A DNA stretch of 64,000 nucleotides, taken from contig OZ024748.1 of assembly GCA_964016885.1 (NCBI GenBank), positions 3,906,001 to 3,970,000 of the forward strand. The letters run 5' to 3'. Positions 1 to 15,239 of the stretch are shown here, piece after piece. The notes beneath the pieces are model-generated. The model was not told the origin of the DNA, did no database searches, and saw nothing but the letters and a program-made list of their open reading frames with translations. The first letter of the stretch is position 1. Each line of letters starts with the position of its first letter. The DNA is from Eledone cirrhosa (Eukaryota). The translations under genes and the position numbers were made by a program.

Positions 1-33
1 ATATAAATACACATAGCATATATATATATGTAA

Positions 34-76
34 AAAAAATGGCGGCCTCAAGATCAGTTACTTACTTCCGGTAAGC
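34..76 (+). promoter_or_regulatory. YY1-like (AAAATGGCGGC) and ETS-like (ACTTCCGG) motifs; possible first coding exon MAASRSVTYF(R)
   Basis: ATG at 39-41, open to 70, followed by CG|GTAAG donor consensus. No downstream exon identified. Confidence 0.2.
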
Positions 77-158
77 AGAGTTTCTATAGATTAAATATTT
101 GTGGTTTTATAATTTCACGCTTTATAATCTCAGACATATTGGGTAGGTTCATTAGCTT

Positions 159-542
<384 letters not shown>

Positions 543-1149
543 GCTTGTTAACTTTTTCGTTCGTATGTAAAGGAACACTATTTTCCCCTTAAATTTATTT
601 ATCTGTGGAAACATCCGGAGAGATGAAAGAGGGTTAGGGTGAGAGAGAGGGAGAGAGAGAGAGGGAGAGAGAGAGAGAGAGGGAGAGAGAGAAGGGGAGA
701 GAGAGAAGGGGAGGAGAGAGGATAAGGAAGAGGCAGAGAGATCATGAATGTGTAAATATGTGTGTATGTGTGTGTGAGAGAGTGTTTGCGAGCCTGTGTG
801 TGAAGGGTTGTGTGTGAGCATTTGAAAGTGTGTCTCTCTGTATGTATATGCGTGGGTGTGTCAGTGTGTGTATGTATGCGTGTGTGCGCATATATGTGAA
901 TGTGTGAGTGTATATACGTATATATGTATATATGTATATATGTATATATATATGTGTGTATGTATGTGTGGGTGATAAACTTGTTATTAAACTAATCAAA
1001 CCAGTGTAACTGTGTATCTGTGTGTTCTTCGGTGAGTATATGTGTGTGTGAAGGTTCCTCTGTGTGTATGTGTGTGGAAATGTATGTGTAAGTGAGTGTG
1101 CGATTATGTGTGCATGTGTGTGTGATAAACGTGTTATTTAATTCTAATC

Positions 1150-1325
1150 GAACAAGTGTGCCTATGTCTGTGTGTGTGTGTACTTGCGTATCAGTGTGTG
1201 TGTGTATCTAATAGTGTATCCCTGTCTGTGTCTGTGTGTCTGTGTGTCTGTGTCTGTGTGTGTGTGTGTGTGTCAGTGTGTGTGTGTATCTAATTGTGTA
1301 TCCCTGTCTGTGTCTGTGTGTCTGT

Positions 1326-1357
<32 letters not shown>

Positions 1358-1655
1358 CAGTGTGTGTGTGTGTATCTAATTGTGTATCCTTGTCTGTGTC
1401 TGTGTGTCTGTGTGTCTATGACTGTGTGTCTGTGTGTGTCTGTGTCTGTGTGTGTCTGTGTCTATGTGTGTGTGTCTGTGTGAATGTCTGCCTGTGTCTG
1501 TGTGTCTGTGTATGTGTCTATGGCTGTGTATCTATGTGTGTCTGTGTGTGTGTGTGTCTGTGTATGTGTAACTATGTGTGTCTGTGTGTCTGTGTGTCTG
1601 TGTATGTGTCTATGGCTGTGTATCTATGTGTGTCTGTGTGTGTGTGTGTGTGTGA
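1150..1655. repeat. (TG)n/(TCTGTG)n compound repeat
   Basis: Direct reading; includes repeated gtatctaat(a/t)gtgtatcc blocks. Confidence 0.9.
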
Positions 1656-1947
1656 CAGTGTTCATTAAGGAACTGCCGACAAAATATTTCAATGTACCCT
1701 TTGACCCCAATATTATTGACACATCTACCACACCCACCCATCCCCGATACACACCCTTCTCTTCCGTTTAGAAAGACACACATATATACACACACAACAT
1801 ATATATACACACACTTACAACATATATACACACACTTACAACATATATACACACACACTCAAAACACACTCACAACACCCACACAACTCACAAGACCTCA
1901 AATTAATTAAAATATTTTGAAATGTATATATATATATATAAATGCAC

Positions 1948-2020
<73 letters not shown>

Positions 2021-2062
2021 GCACGTATGTATATATATATATATATATATATATAATGCACG

Positions 2063-2098
<36 letters not shown>

Positions 2099-2103
2099 GC
2101 ACG

Positions 2104-2139
<36 letters not shown>

Positions 2140-2693
2140 GCACGTATGTATATACGTGCATTTATTATTATTATTAATATTATTACTATTATTACATCGA
2201 AAAGATTTGCTGTTGGAATAATGGATAGATTTTTAGCGTTTTATAAACAATCAAATTGTAATTGTCTCTTTCTCTCCCTCTCACCGCTCCTCCCTCGTCC
2301 CCTCCCACTACATCTCCCTATCTCACGAGATTAGAAATATTTCTTTTTTTTAATAATATTTTTTGCTATGCTATTTTTTTCTTCAGTTTTCTGTTTTTTT
2401 TAAATCTGATTTTTGTTTTTCCCACGAATTTATTGTCGTTATTATTTTTTCTTTAATTTTTAATTTTAAAATATTTATTTGGTCTGTGAAAGATGATGAG
2501 TTGTCCTTCAGATAGTGATGGTGTGTAGAGAGAGTAAGAGAGAGAAAGAAAGAGAGAAAGTGAGAGAAGGAGAGAGGAGAGAGGAGAAGCAGAAAGAAGA
2601 AGGAATGAGAGAGATATGAGAGAGAGAGAGGAGTGATAGATAGATTTATAGATAGACACATACGTACATACATACATGCATACATACATACAT

Positions 2694-2733
<40 letters not shown>

Positions 2734-3564
2734 TATAAATTATGTCCATAGAATCATTTGATAATATATATACACCATTTCCTCTCCCAATTAGCATAAT
2801 CAACCACATAAAAAATCAATTAAACCAGGCTATAAGATTAAAAGGCACCTATAAAGAAATAGTGGATAAATAAACGACAGTCATCTATTCGCGTTCAACA
2901 GCTATAGGATATCAATACCCAGCATTTCAATAGCACGTGGAAATCGATTAAATATACCGTCAACCATACACAATTAGGTATAAAATTAAAGTTAGAAGAA
3001 AAAATACATATACACATACCAGGATTACGTTTCTACCCTTTAGGGTTTCGTTATATATATATATATACATATAGTAAAAAGAAACAAAACAAGAAATGTA
3101 AAAAATTCTGTTCAAATTACTGTATATAGGGAAAATGATAGAGATTTTAAGATGCACTTAATATTTTTTATAAACATGTAAATCGGTGGGTTTTTACAAA
3201 TAGTCATGACTATCTAATTAGATTCTATTCTGACCCGTTTCACAATGAGTAGATTTTCAAAGTTGCATTTTTATTTGTGTTGGAGTTGGATATATTTTTC
3301 ATACGTTACTACGTATCGTGTTGAATATACCTATCATGTGTTGTTTGTCGTTAACGTCTTTTCTAAAGCAAGGGACACAACCTTTACCGATTCCGGACCT
3401 GTTCCTTGTTATATTCCTTCGAAGAAGAGATTTTATCTCCAAGTATCAGGACAGATAAATAAATACGGTAACACATAACATCTTGTTTCGTCTTATTTTC
3501 TTGTTCATCTATTTCGCGTTGTCGTGGCATACAAACTTCACATTCCTCTCTCTCTCTCCCCCCC

Positions 3565-3617
<53 letters not shown>

Positions 3618-3625
3618 TATATGTA

Positions 3626-3663
<38 letters not shown>

Positions 3664-3812
3664 CATATATGTATATATATATATGCATATATATATATAC
3701 ATATATATATACATATATATATATATGTATATATATATGTATATACATATGTATTTATATATATATATATACATATATATATATGTATATACATATATAT
3801 ATATATATAGAC

Positions 3813-3846
<34 letters not shown>

Positions 3847-3847
3847 G

Positions 3848-3878
<31 letters not shown>

Positions 3879-3879
3879 G

Positions 3880-3936
<57 letters not shown>

Positions 3937-3937
3937 G

Positions 3938-4081
<144 letters not shown>

Positions 4082-4458
4082 CACAAAAAGAAAGAGAAAA
4101 CGAGAGATATCAGTTTAATATATGTTAAATTTCGTTACACGTCTTTCAGCCGTGGTCCGGTTCAAAACCACACACAATTACATAAAGATTATGTAACAAT
4201 AGGGGTCGAAGCTGATACCAGGCAGCAGTCATCTCCCGACCCCTGTGTCGACACAGCTTCACTTTGGAATCATAGAATCGCATTAAAGAAATACGGTTTA
4301 TGCAGGCATTAACTGCAATCAAATACACGCACACACAAACGTAAACACACACGTGCACACACATACACACGTGCACGCACACACACACAGTTCACACACA
4401 CACACACACGATTTTCCATCAAGAATAGAGCAAAACAAATAGAAAAACGACGTATATG

Positions 4459-4519
<61 letters not shown>

Positions 4520-4659
4520 AAACGACGTATATGTATGTATATATATATATATATATATATATGATCATGCCTTTATTTTTAAATTTTCTCATTCCTTGTA
4601 TTTTGATCATGCTTTATTTTTATTTATTATATTTTTTGTCTTTATTTGTTAATTTTTCA

Positions 4660-4856
4660 TTCGCACCGTTTCCTTTCGCTATATGTCTCTCCACCACTCC
4701 CCTACACACCTTTTGAACTCTGTTCCCACACACTTCTCACCTGAAGAAGGGCTTATGCCCGAAACGTCGTCCCCCACCTACCCCCCACTCTCCTGAGCGT
4801 GAATTTAATAAACATTTATTGTACTGCCTCTCTGTTCTGTCCCTGTTCAATTTTTC

Positions 4857-4860
<4 letters not shown>
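4660..4860 (+). mobile_element. Penelope-like pseudo-LTR fragment
   Basis: Hammerhead core at 4741, AATAAA at ~4807, ends in (TA)n. Related inverted copy near 11800-11860. Confidence 0.6.
4741..4770 (+). ncRNA. minimal hammerhead ribozyme motif
   Basis: CTGAAGA-A-GGGC-TTAT-GCCC-GAAA-CGTC; palindromic ACGT stem III; stem I weak. Confidence 0.7.
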
Positions 4861-4907
<47 letters not shown>

Positions 4908-5038
4908 TGCTAGGGAAAGGATCAGGGGTGTATAACACTCCACTTATCCAGCAGGCAGTATGAGGTTAGCTCAATGTCTGAGGACAGAGCCGTAATATAA
5001 TAAATAAATAACAAAGAACGCTTATAGCATATGCATAT

Positions 5039-5096
5039 CTTTACTTGCTAACATTGTTTCATCCGCACTATAAGTGGGACTCATCAGAGCATAAAG
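5039..5096 (-). ncRNA. type I hammerhead ribozyme
   Basis: Reverse complement of 6504-6561. Confidence 0.75.
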
Positions 5097-5499
5097 GTTA
5101 ATTACATACCATACAAGCAATAACAAATCCAAGACATTGAAGAATGAAAGGTAATAATAGACGATAGAGGATAAGAATAAAAATAAAAATAAAAGTAAAA
5201 ATAAAAATAAAAATAAAAATAAGGGGTGCTATCAGTCACAGTTGGGCGGGGTGCTGTCAACATATAGTTACATACAAGCATACACATGGATAAGAGAACA
5301 GACAAGAGTAGACACATGGATAAGAGAACAGACAAGAGTAGATAAGATAATGGGATTAGGTAAGAGTAGGTAAAAAATAGGTAAAAAATAGGTGAAAAAC
5401 AGACTTATAATATATATAAAAAGAAATACAAAGAAATACATAACAAACTTACATATAAAATATAAAATATAGGGTAAGGAATGAGATAAAATAATATAA

Positions 5500-5642
5500 A
5501 ATTAAAAATTAAAAATTAAAAATTAAAAATTAAAAATTAAAAATTAAAAATTAAAAATTAAAAATTAAAAATTAAAAATTAAAAATTAAAAATTAAAAAT
5601 TAAAAATTAAAAATTAAAAATTAAAAATTAAAAATTAAAAAT
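5500..5642. repeat. (AATTAAA)n heptamer, about 20 units
   Basis: Direct reading; expanded only in the left arm of the inverted repeat. Confidence 0.9.
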
Positions 5643-5780
5643 TATATACATAGAACATAATATAGTATAATCGTAAAATAAGATAAAATAAGGTAAACTA
5701 AAATCAAATAACATAGACTAAATTAAAATAATATAATATAAGATATAATTAAATGTATAATTAAATGTAATTAAATGTAA

Positions 5781-5812
<32 letters not shown>

Positions 5813-5880
5813 AAATTAAATAAATAAATAAAATTAAAATTTAAATTTTAAAATTTTAAAATTAAAATTAAAATTAAAAT

Positions 5881-5920
<40 letters not shown>

Positions 5921-6503
5921 ATGGAGTCAAGTAAGTAAATAAATAAAATTAGATAACATGAAATGAAATAAAATAAAATGAAATAAAGTAAATTGAGATA
6001 AGATATATATTTTCTTTTTTTTTAGTTGATTTTAGTTTACCTTATTTTATCTTATTTTACGATTATACTATATTATGTTCTATGTATATAATTTTTAATT
6101 TTATATTATTTTATCTCATTCCTTACCCTATATTTTATATTTTATATGTAAGTTTGTTATGTATTTCTTTGTATTTCTTTTTATATATATTATAAGTCTG
6201 TTTTTCACCTATTTTTTACCTATTTTTTACCTACTCTTACCTAATCCCATTATCTTATCTACTCTTGTCTGTTCTCTTATCCATGTGTCTACTCTTGTCT
6301 GTTCTCTTATCCATGTGTATGCTTGTATGTAACTATATGTTGACAGCACCCCGCCCAACTGTGACTGATAGCACCCCTTATTTTTATTTTTATTTTTATT
6401 TTTACTTTTATTTTTATTTTTATTCTTATCCTCTATCGTCTATTATTACCTTTCATTCTTCAATGTCTTGGATTTGTTATTGCTTGTATGGTATGTAATT
6501 AAC

Positions 6504-6561
6504 CTTTATGCTCTGATGAGTCCCACTTATAGTGCGGATGAAACAATGTTAGCAAGTAAAG
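6504..6561 (+). ncRNA. type I hammerhead ribozyme
   Basis: CTTTA-TGCT / CTGATGA / GTCC-CACT-TAT-AGTG-C-GGAT / GAAA-CAATGT-T / AGCA-AG-TAAAG. Stems I and II pair; stem III is short. Confidence 0.75.
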
Positions 6562-6604
6562 ATATGCATATGCTATAAGCGTTCTTTGTTATTTATTTAT
6601 TATA

Positions 6605-6756
<152 letters not shown>

Positions 6757-7174
6757 AATATATATACACACACATATATATATATGTATATATATATATG
6801 TATATTTATGTATATATATATATATATGGTTAGTGACTACTAGCATGGAGTTACATAACTACTATCGATTAGTCGCTATATCGATTCATCATGATCAATC
6901 AACCTTCTGAAACGATCGTAAAACAATGAACTGATTGAGCACTTAATGTCGCTATTTAGATAGTCAGATTGATGTATAGATATAGAGACAGCTCGACATG
7001 GAGTACATATAGTTAGACTCACAGACACACTGAATGGAGAGAGAGAGAGAGAGAGAGAGAGGGGGGAGGGGAGAAGGGGGAGAAAGAGATTATAAGGAGA
7101 GGAGTTGAGGAAATAGATAGATAGATATGACGATAAATATATGCAGAGAGAGATGCAAAGGTAGATATATAGTG

Positions 7175-7362
<188 letters not shown>

Positions 7363-7410
7363 CTAGAGAGAGAGATAGAGATAGATAGAGAGATAGAGAT
7401 AGAGAGATAG

Positions 7411-7445
<35 letters not shown>

Positions 7446-7978
7446 GAGATAGTAAATAAAAGAGTAGAGAGAGAGAGAGAGAGAGATAAAGGGGATAGAA
7501 TGAGAAAGGGTGGGGGAGAGAGGAGAGGGAGGTACTATGGATGAAATTAGCCATAATACCATCAATGATTAATAGGCGATGTGGTGTCAGCGTTCGATTC
7601 TAACGACATCCCTCCTTAACTGGTAGGACCCAATTTGGAGTCGGGGTCAGCTCGTTGTGACCCCTGAGTCTGCTTGCAAATATCACAGTGGTGGTGGTGG
7701 TAGCGGCGGTGGTAGTTGTGATGGTGGTTGTGGGGGTGGCGGTGGTAGTTGTGGTGGTAGTGGTGGTAGTTGTGGTGGTGGTGGTGTGGTGGTGTGGTGG
7801 TGGCAGCGGTGGCGTGAGTGTACGTGTTCCCACGTTTCACACGTATCTATGAGCCTGCATGTTTATGTGTGTGAGTATGTGTGTGTGAGTATGTGTGTGT
7901 GTGTGAGTGAGTGTGTGTGTGTATTAGTTATATGCACACACATATAGACACCCCTTCACACATATATATATATACGTG

Positions 7979-8282
<304 letters not shown>

Positions 8283-8296
8283 TATATATATATATA

Positions 8297-8346
<50 letters not shown>

Positions 8347-8462
8347 ACTCTAATATTGCATGAGTCGCCACTCGGAGTTTTCCTTCTTGGTCATACGTAT
8401 ATATATATATATATATATATATGTTACATCACACACACTCCATATACACACATGTATAGGTT

Positions 8463-8589
<127 letters not shown>

Positions 8590-8600
8590 CATATATATAC

Positions 8601-8660
<60 letters not shown>

Positions 8661-9269
8661 TACGTTAAGTTCCCACTTCTCTCTGACCCCTGACCTGTCC
8701 TCCCCCCACCCAACATTTACTTTAATCAGTTGTTAGCCATGTCATCAGGAGAAACAGTAAAATGTCAGGAGAAACAGTAAAATGTCATTAAAATCTTACA
8801 CCTCCTCCCTCCACCTCTTCACTTCATTTACTGCCACCTACACTCCTGACTAATAACACCACCACCACCACCACCACCACCAATGCTGGTACTACTACTA
8901 CCACCACCACCAGTACTGGCACCACTACCACCACCACCACCAGTACTGGACCACCACCACCACCACCACCACCACCACCACCACCACCATCACCACCAAA
9001 CCCACCACCAACAGTACTGGCACCACCACCACCACCATCACCACCACCACCACAACCACCACCACCACCACCACCACCACCAGTACTGGCATCACCACCA
9101 CCACCACCACAACCACCACCACCACCACTGTTCCCCCCGCCTCCCACCTTCTCATACAACTCCTCACTTTTCTAATATTTTTAGTTAATGAATTTTTTCT
9201 ATTTAAGGTGAAGAATTTTGTAAAGAACGGTTTTTTTATTGAGTGATGAAAGATTTGCATGTCTTGAGG

Positions 9270-9346
<77 letters not shown>

Positions 9347-9361
9347 CGCCACCAAGAACAT

Positions 9362-9760
9362 GAGTCACCTACCAATATAATACTAAAAATTAGCGAAAAG
9401 GAGAATATATCTATGCTGAACTAATGAGGAATCGGCAGATATTCCACCCTGGCTAAACCTTTAGATTTATGCCTGTGATTATTGGGACACTGGGGTATGT
9501 TAGTAACTGCCTCAGTAAGAAATCTTGAGAAGCTGGACTTCACAGGAACAGAAAGAACACAACTAGTTAGGAAATTACAAGTACAATCCATCAATGTAAC
9601 AGTAAAAATATGTAAAACATTCCAAAAATTCTGCATGTAATAAAAGCATATACCGATACATGTAATATAACTGCATGTACAGATACAAAACATATGAACG
9701 TGCGAAAAGGGGTCGATGAAAGCAGTGATTCTTTGCTTAGACTTTAATCTGTACTTATAA
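9362..9760 (+). mobile_element. decayed 3' end of an RLE-type non-LTR retrotransposon (R4/NeSL-like)
   Basis: Translates, with frameshifts and a stop, to NIILKISEKENI..AELMRN..FRFMPVIIGTLGYV..LEKLDF..LVRKLQVQSINVTVKICKTF, typical of the RLE C-terminus. Confidence 0.6.
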
Positions 9761-9771
9761 TATATATATAT

Positions 9772-9837
<66 letters not shown>

Positions 9838-9839
<2 letters not shown>

Positions 9840-9917
9840 ATTACCCACTCTACTACTCTAAGTATTCAGTACTCTGATGCGTTATGGTGCATCTGGTTCC
9901 TTACCACAACTCCTTCG

Positions 9918-9918
<1 letters not shown>
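9838..9918 (+). mobile_element. fold-back element family, copy 1 (tail only)
   Basis: CTATTACCCACTCTACTACTCTAAGTATT...GGTTCCTTACCACA...TTCGTTA between (TA)n tracts. Confidence 0.8.
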
Positions 9919-9956
<38 letters not shown>

Positions 9957-9957
<1 letters not shown>

Positions 9958-10606
9958 AAACATGAGAAGAATGAATACTGCGTGGTTGCACATGGGTTAC
10001 ATATGATAAAAATAGTCCTTCATCAGTGATTTTCCAACCTTCATTGGTATTTCATCGCTTTAAAAATTATATACCTCCGGTTGGTGCGAGCAATAGCTAA
10101 ATAAATCTATTGGGACAAGTAAATCGCGTAAAGCGAGTGAGACAAGTAAACAAACATAGAAGGATAGCAACGCAAAGATAGGAAAAAACAAGCACATGGG
10201 AGTCCGATCAGCTTAAGCTGTGTGGATTTCATGAGCGAGAGACAACAGACCGTGCGACGCGAGTGAGGTGTGAACAAGAAAGGACCCCACTTCAGGCCAA
10301 ACGGGAGGAAGTGAGAAGGGGAGAAGCAGAGAGTGAGTGAGTGGAAGTGTGAGGAAGAGGCCAGTCGAGAGAAAGTGTAACTAACAGAGGGGGCGAAAGA
10401 AGGTGAGAGAAACAGAGAGAGGGGGAAGCAGTAAGAGAGAAACAGACAAACGCAGCTGGGAAAATTATATATAAAAAACATGAGAAGAAAGAATACTGCA
10501 TGGTTGCACATGCGTTACATATGATAAAAATAGTCCTTCATCAGTGATTTTCCAACCTTCATTGGTATTTCATCGCTTTAAAACTTTAAAAATCATATAC
10601 CTCCGG
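9957..10606 (-). mobile_element. element with ~125-bp terminal direct repeats in (TA)n
   Basis: 9957-10080 is nearly identical to 10477-10606; each carries CTGATGAAGGAC on the minus strand. Confidence 0.55.
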
Positions 10607-10618
10607 ATATATATATAA

Positions 10619-10672
<54 letters not shown>

Positions 10673-10674
<2 letters not shown>

Positions 10675-10798
10675 CGAAGGAGGTGTGGTAAGGAACCAGA
10701 TGGACCATAACGCACCAGAGTATTCATTACTTAGGGTAGTAGAGTGGGAAATAGGAATATGTTTAATCCCGACGGCAGAGCTCAAGCCGTTTCGACGG

Positions 10799-10800
<2 letters not shown>
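10673..10800 (-). mobile_element. fold-back element family, copy 2 (one arm plus tail)
   Basis: Reverse complement of consensus, ending GCCGTTTCGACGGCT then (TA)n. Confidence 0.85.
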
Positions 10801-10838
<38 letters not shown>

Positions 10839-11286
10839 AAATACGATTATATTTATAGATGTAACATGTATATACATATACTTGTGGTGGGTAAACAAAG
10901 TGGTTAACTTAAGAAGCATTGGGGTATTTTGAAATTTCAAATGTGGGAGTCCCAACACAAATGTCTATAATAATAGTCGTTGGCAATAAATAATAGTTGA
11001 ACAACCCAGGTAAAGTATAGAGATTGACAATTGATATGATCATTTGGGTTTGACACAGTTCATATCTTATAAATGTATATACATACATAGATACACACAC
11101 ATACACACATATACACCCATAGTAGGTGGTGGTGGTGGTGGTGGTGGTGGTGGTGAAAGTGTAGTGAGGGGGGGGTATATTTCAAGTGGGGAGGAGGGGG
11201 AGGAGAGAAACTATTTGTTATTAGAGTTTAGTTCACCACTTGGAGCCATCAAACAACAAGACATGTGATGAGCAGATGTTAATATC

Positions 11287-11800
11287 TCCACCACCACCAC
11301 CACACCACCACCACCACCGACACCACCGACACCACCACTACCACCACCACTACCACCACACCACCACCACCGACACCACCACCACCACCACCACCACCAC
11401 CACCACCACCACCGCCACCACCACCACTGACACCACCACCACCACTACCACCACCACCACACCACCACCACCACCACCACCACCACCACCACCATCACCA
11501 CTACCACCACCACCACCACCACCACCACCACCACCACCGCCACCACACCACCGACACCACCACCACCACCACCACCACCACACCACCGACACCACCACCA
11601 CCACCACTACACCACCACCACCACCACCACCACTGACACCACCACTACCACCACCACCGACACCACCACTACCACCACCACCACCACCACCGACACCACC
11701 ACCACCACCACCACCACCACCGACACCACCACCACCACCACCACCACCACCACCACCACCACCACCACCGACATCACCACCACTACCACCATCACCACCG
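11287..11800. repeat. (CAC)n trinucleotide repeat
   Basis: Direct reading; similar tracts at ~8855-9130, 18830-19270 and 26240-26810. Confidence 0.95.
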
Positions 11801-11814
11801 ACGGGGTGGGGGAC

Positions 11815-11842
11815 GACGTTTCGGGCATAAGCCTTTCATCAG
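11815..11842 (-). ncRNA. minimal hammerhead ribozyme motif
   Basis: Minus strand CTGATGA-AAGGCTTATGCCC-GAAA-CGTC; same family as 4741. Confidence 0.65.
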
Positions 11843-12061
11843 GAGAAAAGTGGGAAGGAAAAAATAAAAAATATATATACATATAATATATATATAATAT
11901 AGAAATGGCTTATACAAGACTAGGACTGTTTCATTGGGAGGGAAAGATCAGGAAAGCCGACTGTCCATGTAATAGGGAGGTATTTATACATGTTCTGTAT
12001 TGAGTACCTTACTTACTGTAGTTACCCCCGATTGAACCCGGGATAAACATATATATATATA

Positions 12062-12185
12062 TAGCCGTCGAAACGGCTTGAGCTCTGCCGTCGGGGTTAA
12101 ACATTTTCCTATTACCCACTCTAACACTCTAAGTATTGAGTACTCTGGTGCGTTATGGTCCATCTGGTTCCTTACCACACTTCCT
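12062..12185 (+). mobile_element. fold-back element family, copy 3 (one arm plus tail)
   Basis: TAGCCGTCGAAACGGCTTGAGCTC...CCTTACCACACTTCCT; 5' flank (TA)n, 3' flank (TAG)n. Confidence 0.85.
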
Positions 12186-12230
12186 AGTGGTAGTAGTAGT
12201 AGCAGCAGTAGTAGTAGTAGTAGTAGCAGC

Positions 12231-12262
<32 letters not shown>

Positions 12263-12323
12263 CAGTAGTAGTAGCAGCAGTAGTAGTAGTAGTAGTAGTA
12301 GTAGTAGCAGTAGTAGTAGCAGC

Positions 12324-12355
<32 letters not shown>

Positions 12356-12506
12356 CAGCAGTAGTAGTAGTAGCAGCAGTAGTAGTAGTAGTAGTAGTAG
12401 CAGTAGTAGTAGTAGCAGCAGTAGTAGTAGTAGTAGTAGTAGCAGTAGTAGCAGTAGTAGCAGCAGTAGTAGTAGTAGTAGTAGTAGCAGTAGTAGCAGT
12501 AGTAGC

Positions 12507-12537
<31 letters not shown>

Positions 12538-12540
12538 ATA
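12186..12540. repeat. (TAG/CAG)n repeat
   Basis: Direct reading. Confidence 0.95.
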
Positions 12541-12757
12541 TTGGTGGTAATGACATCAGTAGTGGTAGATGTATGATTAGTAGTATTGGTGGTAATGGTA
12601 ACACTAGTATTGTTGGTGTCAAGCAACCGACAGTGACCTCTGGTGGTAATCACAGTTGGTTCGTTAGAGTTTCTACAAATTATAGCTTTCTGTAATTACA
12701 TTGAGACTTCGCTTCACACAAATTACTTTCGCGTAATTCTTTCCCAAATATCACCTC

Positions 12758-12803
<46 letters not shown>

Positions 12804-12837
12804 TCTCTCTCTCTCCCTCTCTCTCTCCCTCTCCCTC

Positions 12838-12925
<88 letters not shown>

Positions 12926-13045
12926 GTATATATATATATATATATATATATGACTCTCTCTCTCTCTCATAAACATTCCCACATGTAGATAGGCAGATCC
13001 ATGTATCAAACTCTGAGTAATGCTCGTATGAGTTGGAAGCTGCCT

Positions 13046-13078
<33 letters not shown>

Positions 13079-13553
13079 CACACTCATGTCTATCTATCTG
13101 TATCTATATGCGTAGTGCATATCAGTGTATGTATGTGTGTACGTATATGTGGGTGTGTATGTGTGTTTGTGTGTGTGCCACACAAAATCTTCAGTTTCAT
13201 GTTAAATACCATCAAACAATCGCCCCACCCACAATAAAGGTGTAGCTTGTGGCAAGTTTCACATAACTTTACAGTAACTGAGACATTATTCAGTTCTTAA
13301 CTAATGTAACATCATCTGGTCGACATCTGGAGTTTACAGTCTCATCTGTAGCTATATATACTATCATATTACAACACACATACATATATATATGTATATA
13401 TATGTATATATATATATATTATATATATTGTTTTTATTTTCACTTCAGCTTTATTATTAGTTATTAGTTAGTTCGTCAAAGTTCTTTCGTCACACGTTCT
13501 AAGACCTCCTCAATGACTATTTGTTTTTCTCTGTGCCTCCTGTCCTTCTGTGG

Positions 13554-13641
<88 letters not shown>

Positions 13642-13644
<3 letters not shown>

Positions 13645-13721
13645 GTATACACACTTCAACAGCAGATAACTCAAATGTGTATACAATTTGGGGGGACACC
13701 CTGTATATACATATACATATA

Positions 13722-13803
<82 letters not shown>

Positions 13804-13907
13804 GACAGACATTCAGACTGATACACACACGCATATATATGAATACATCCCCTCTCCAAAATGTATACACATTTGAGTTATCTGCTGTTGAAGTGTGTAT
13901 ACATTTT
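13642..13907. mobile_element. two inverted copies of a tiny Tc1/mariner-type MITE core
   Basis: ~45-bp inverted pair (13642-13688 and 13859-13905). Terminus GGACACCCTG-TA matches CAGGGTGTCCC..AATGTATACACA at 63928. Confidence 0.55.
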
Positions 13908-13940
13908 GTGTGCTTGTGTATATGTGTATACACGCCCCCC

Positions 13941-13987
<47 letters not shown>

Positions 13988-14488
13988 TGTGTGTGTATAA
14001 TATACCACCCGACTTGGTCCAGTGGCTTTTCTATACTAAGATGTAATAAGAAAAAACGAAAAATATCAGAAAACATCACAACAACAACAACCACAACAAC
14101 CAACAACAACAAAAACCACAACAACCACAACAACAACTACAACAACCACAACAACAACCAACAACCAACAACCATCAACCAACAGAACTTTTAGCAGCTC
14201 GTTGTCAACACACGTGCCTCTATGTATGACTGGAACACTTATATACAGTGGTTATAACGACTGACAGATCTATGTCCCCTACCCCAACACCCGACCCCAA
14301 ACCCCGACCCCTACCCTATACCCGTCCTTCTACCTATTCAATGATCCCGGGATATGTGGTCCCTGACAATACATTGAGAAATAAATAGATAAAACTGAAA
14401 CTGAACAGGAAGCCACTTTCTCTTTTTAATGTCGGCAGGTGGCTTGTGTGGGACGGTGATGGAATAAATCTGGCTATATATATATATA

Positions 14489-14671
14489 TAGGAAAAAGTA
14501 TGACCCCGACGGCAGAGCTCAAGCTGTTTCGAGGGCTATTTCTGGAGTCCTCGAAACGGCTTGAGCTCTGCCGTCGGGGTCATACTTTTTCCTATTTCCC
14601 ACTCTACTACCCTAAGTATTGAGTACTCTGGTGCGTTATGGTCCAGTTGGTTCCTTACCACAATTCCTTTG

Positions 14672-14672
<1 letters not shown>
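14489..14672 (+). mobile_element. fold-back element family, copy 4 (both arms plus tail)
   Basis: TAGGAAAAAGTATGACCCCGACGGC... / ...GCCGTCGGGGTCATACTTTTTCCTA, then tail; (TA)n on both sides. Confidence 0.9.
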
Positions 14673-14759
<87 letters not shown>

Positions 14760-14786
14760 ATGTATATATATATATATATATGTATG

Positions 14787-14825
<39 letters not shown>

Positions 14826-14967
14826 TCACATACACACTCATACCCACCCTCTCCCACATATGCAGATATGTGGTGTTGTTTTTATTTTGTTTGGTCACTG
14901 TATTGTTTCTGTTGGCCGAGACAGCTGCTTCACAAATGTGTTATAAATATGGCAACTGTATGTTTGC

Positions 14968-15045
<78 letters not shown>

Positions 15046-15071
15046 ACCTGCACACACGCAAAGAATCCCCA

Positions 15072-15152
<81 letters not shown>

Positions 15153-15239
15153 CTGCATTATCTGACGCATGTATTCCACCCTATGCTTTTAATTTTAATT
15201 TTAATCTTAATTTTAATTATTGTACAATTCTCGTATAAT

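Noticed and set aside
1942-2160. AATGCACGTATG repeated with variable (TA)n spacers (similar pattern at 28070-28620)
   Set aside because: Slippage duplication of an interrupted microsatellite, possibly an assembly effect; spacers are not unique.
4150-4312. Possible plus-strand exon after tttcag (also at ~18380)
   Set aside because: Phase-compatible with the 39-70 candidate, but no recognisable protein or convincing donor.
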